Made by a program: the position numbers and the translations under genes. Positions 61,545 through 64,000 of a stretch of 64,000 nucleotides of DNA are shown piece after piece. The DNA is from Sedimentisphaerales bacterium. Its GTDB lineage: Bacteria; Planctomycetota; Phycisphaerae; Sedimentisphaerales; SM23-30. Under the pieces are notes generated by a model. The model was not told where the DNA came from, did not search any database, and saw nothing but the letters and a program-made list of their open reading frames with translations. Position 1 is the stretch's first letter, and each line of letters opens with the position of its first letter. The DNA is taken from NCBI GenBank assembly GCA_963666285.1, contig OY762711.1; one strand, given 5' to 3'.

Positions 61545-62087
61545 TTATTGCCCTGTCGCTGTGTTGATTCTGCTGATAAAGCTATCTGTTTGCATATACC
61601 CGGAAAACGATGTTATTACTTCACCTTCCGGATTTAGAAGAACATAACTTGGAAAACCATTAATATTGTATTTTTTTGCAAATTCCCGGTTTTTATAACC
61701 ATTGACGAGTAATAAAACCAGGTTTTGGGAGGCAAAGCTGCAAAAGCTGTCGCTGGAATATACTTCAGATTTCATTCGATCACACCATATGCATTTTGGA
61801 ATATGGAAGGAGATCAGTAATGGCTTGTTGCTTTCTCTTGCCAGATTTTGAGCTTTTTCAATATCGGTGTTCCAGAGTTTTTCGGCCTCTTCAGACATTC
61901 CGCCACCAAGGTTTTGAACATAAGTGACTGCAATTAGAGCTATTACAAATATTATCAAGAATTTGTATATGCCTTTTTCACCGCCGACTGTACACGCGCA
62001 ACTATTTGTTTTGGAGCAACATTCTTGCGATTCAGGCTTTGACAGTGGTGAATTATGGTCTGATTTCTTTTCGTTATTGTCTGTCAT
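61545..62087 (-). CDS. Membrane-anchored thioredoxin-fold protein
   Basis: CIWC active site, NGFPS cis-Pro motif and one TM helix. Confidence 0.88.
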   Translation of the reverse strand: MTDNNEKKSDHNSPLSKPESQECCSKTNSCACTVGGEKGIYKFLIIFVIALIAVTYVQNLGGGMSEEAEKLWNTDIEKAQNLARESNKPLLISFHIPKCIWCDRMKSEVYSSDSFCSFASQNLVLLLVNGYKNREFAKKYNINGFPSYVLLNPEGEVITSFSGYMQTDSFISRINTATGQ

Positions 62088-62325
62088 TATCCATCTCCTG
62101 CCGGATACTTGAAATTTAATATTTTGTTAAGCTGGGCAATTTTACCTTTAGCTAATTGATTATTTGGTCGATTTACAGTAAAGTCAAGCATTGCAGTACA
62201 TTAACAGTAATGTAATGAAACAGTTATGAATGTAAATATAATTGAAAAGGTAATTTGGCAATATTAGATATTGTAAGCTAAAATAGATTAGCTGATTGTC
62301 AATGATATCCAAAAGGAGATAAATA

Positions 62326-63093
62326 ATGAAAAAGGTTACAGTATTGGAAATTCTGGCTTTAGTTGTTGTTTCTTTAGCTTTAACCGGCTGCGGGCCTAGT
62401 AGAAATGATATTAGTGCTTTTTTGAAGCCTTATGAAGCAGAAGTTACTCTTAATGAGTATAAATTACAGCCGCCGGATGAAATTACTGTAAGCTGCAGTA
62501 AAGTACCCCAGTTGAATAATGTTACTCAACAAATACGATCAGATGGTAAGGTTTCTTATGAATTGTTAGGTGAATTTGAGGCCGCCGGCAAAACTCCATC
62601 AGTATTAGCTAGTGAAATCACCAAAAAGGTCAAAGATCTTTATGCTCTTTCTGATGAATATCCTCTGGATGTGAGAGTCGAAAGAGAAATGAGTAAATAT
62701 TATTATGTCTTTGGTGAGGTGCAAAGGCAGGGAGCAATGCAATATACCGGCAGAGTTACTGCATTGCAGGCTTTAGCCATGAATCCGCCTCAAGTTACTG
62801 CATGGGAATCAGAGATAAAGGTGATCAGACCTGATGGACAACCTGAGATTGATCCTAAGTCAGGAGTAGTTAAATATTCCAAAGAAAAGATATTTAAAAT
62901 GAATCTGGACGACATGGTAAAGCGAGGAGATACCAGCAAAAATGTTTTACTTGCTGAAGGTGATATAATTTATGTACCACCAACTCCTCTGGCAGCAATC
63001 TCCAATGTATTGGCTGAATTTGTCAGACCTATTGGTTTAGCATTACAGCCGTTCAACCAGTACTATCAGATGCAAAGATATCAGAGTTATTAA
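62326..63093 (+). CDS. Polysaccharide export lipoprotein (Wza/SLBB-like)
   Basis: Lipobox LTGC, YKLQPPDEI, IRSDGKVS and GDIIYVP. Confidence 0.9.
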   Translation: MKKVTVLEILALVVVSLALTGCGPSRNDISAFLKPYEAEVTLNEYKLQPPDEITVSCSKVPQLNNVTQQIRSDGKVSYELLGEFEAAGKTPSVLASEITKKVKDLYALSDEYPLDVRVEREMSKYYYVFGEVQRQGAMQYTGRVTALQALAMNPPQVTAWESEIKVIRPDGQPEIDPKSGVVKYSKEKIFKMNLDDMVKRGDTSKNVLLAEGDIIYVPPTPLAAISNVLAEFVRPIGLALQPFNQYYQMQRYQSY

Positions 63094-63146
63094 TAATCAT
63101 CATTATATTGATAATATTTAAGTTTAAGGCCATAAACTGATAATTT

Positions 63147-63968
63147 ATGCAGTATTCAATATACTTTCGCAGAGTACACTTTCTTAGCACAGTATGGTTT
63201 ATATTGTGCATAGGGACTATTGTAGCTCAATCGCTACGACAGGCAGGATTGGAATGGTGGCAGATTATCTCCATTTCCGGTTATTCTGTTGTTACGGTTT
63301 TGTTTTTTGTGAGTGTTTATTTGTTCGCTGTATTTCGTGGCGTTCATCGTCATAGCGAACCGGATGTGGAACATCCGATAACCTGCCAGAAGGTGTATAA
63401 GATTCTGTACTCATTTACCCCTTTTCTTGGTTTTGCGGCAGGACTTTGCAGTCAGATAGATGTGGAAGGAAAAACTTCTCTGGCCAACTGGCTAATTGTT
63501 GGCGCAATGGGTACATTCCTGATTACCATATCAAACTGGGTAATACTTGACCCAATGATTACCATTTTAGAAGGATATTTCCCTGATGCCCGGGAAAAAA
63601 GGAATGTCAGGCTGGAAGCACAGCGGATAGAACGGGAGCAGATACAGCTGAAAAGGCAGCAGCTTCTGGAGGAACTGGCAGAAAAGGAAAGAGAAGAACG
63701 TAAACAGCAGACGGTGGAGCTCGATGACGCAGCAGAGCAACTTTCTGACCTGATTCTTAGCGGACTGACGGGTACCAGTGGAGCTACACATCCAGAGGTA
63801 GTTGATCTGGGAGTACTTGCCTGGCAAAAAGGCGGAGTAAAATGTATGCGTATGCTGAGAGATATCGCCTGGGATAAATGCCGGGAAAAAGGTATTGCTC
63901 CCGGAATAATAGATGAAGTGGATTACTGGTGGGACGGCATAGGAGACTGGCGGGCTAAAAGCTTGTAA
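63147..63968 (+). CDS. Hypothetical membrane protein with a coiled-coil C-terminus
   Basis: Four TM segments, then a coiled coil ending WWDGIGDW. Confidence 0.7.
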   Translation: MQYSIYFRRVHFLSTVWFILCIGTIVAQSLRQAGLEWWQIISISGYSVVTVLFFVSVYLFAVFRGVHRHSEPDVEHPITCQKVYKILYSFTPFLGFAAGLCSQIDVEGKTSLANWLIVGAMGTFLITISNWVILDPMITILEGYFPDAREKRNVRLEAQRIEREQIQLKRQQLLEELAEKEREERKQQTVELDDAAEQLSDLILSGLTGTSGATHPEVVDLGVLAWQKGGVKCMRMLRDIAWDKCREKGIAPGIIDEVDYWWDGIGDWRAKSL

Positions 63969-64000
63969 ATAAAAGAGTTAAGCTGATTACCTTGTTTCGA

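Noticed and set aside
1..64000. tRNA, rRNA, tmRNA, RNase P or tRNA-Sec genes
   Set aside because: No recognisable signatures found by eye; a covariance-model scan would be needed to exclude them.

Overview
A 64-kb bacterial chromosomal window, inferred to come from an anaerobic planctomycete (Phycisphaerae/Sedimentisphaerales-like). That inference rests on the dockerin-like motif, DUF4159 and the S21/L28 sequence style; no database search was run. Housekeeping and metabolic genes: ppdK, tsaB, rpmB, galK, an aspartate aminotransferase, budA, hppA and rpsU (missed by the ORF track). Other genes: an ECF sigma/anti-sigma locus with a Gly-rich repeat protein, a multiheme cytochrome with an inserted dockerin-like module, GH30 and GH81 hydrolases, outer-membrane barrels and an MCP module. 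An accessory glycosylation region at about 31-48 kb holds short repeats, small AT-rich genes, an IS701-family element, two DUF1016 nucleases and a DNA methylase. Main hidden signals: (1) a probable selenoprotein lipoprotein (EYG-UGA-GGLC plus a SECIS-like hairpin) whose ORF is cut short in the track; (2) a convergent Cys-rich secreted protein behind a DtxR/MntR-type palindrome; (3) in-frame 27-nt palindromes of unrelated sequence at equivalent sites in both DUF1016 genes; (4) a mosaic of co-oriented short repeats and direct repeats flanking cassette-like genes; (5) a compact 6S-like RNA upstream of ppdK; (6) a Leu-rich leader attenuator upstream of the aminotransferase.
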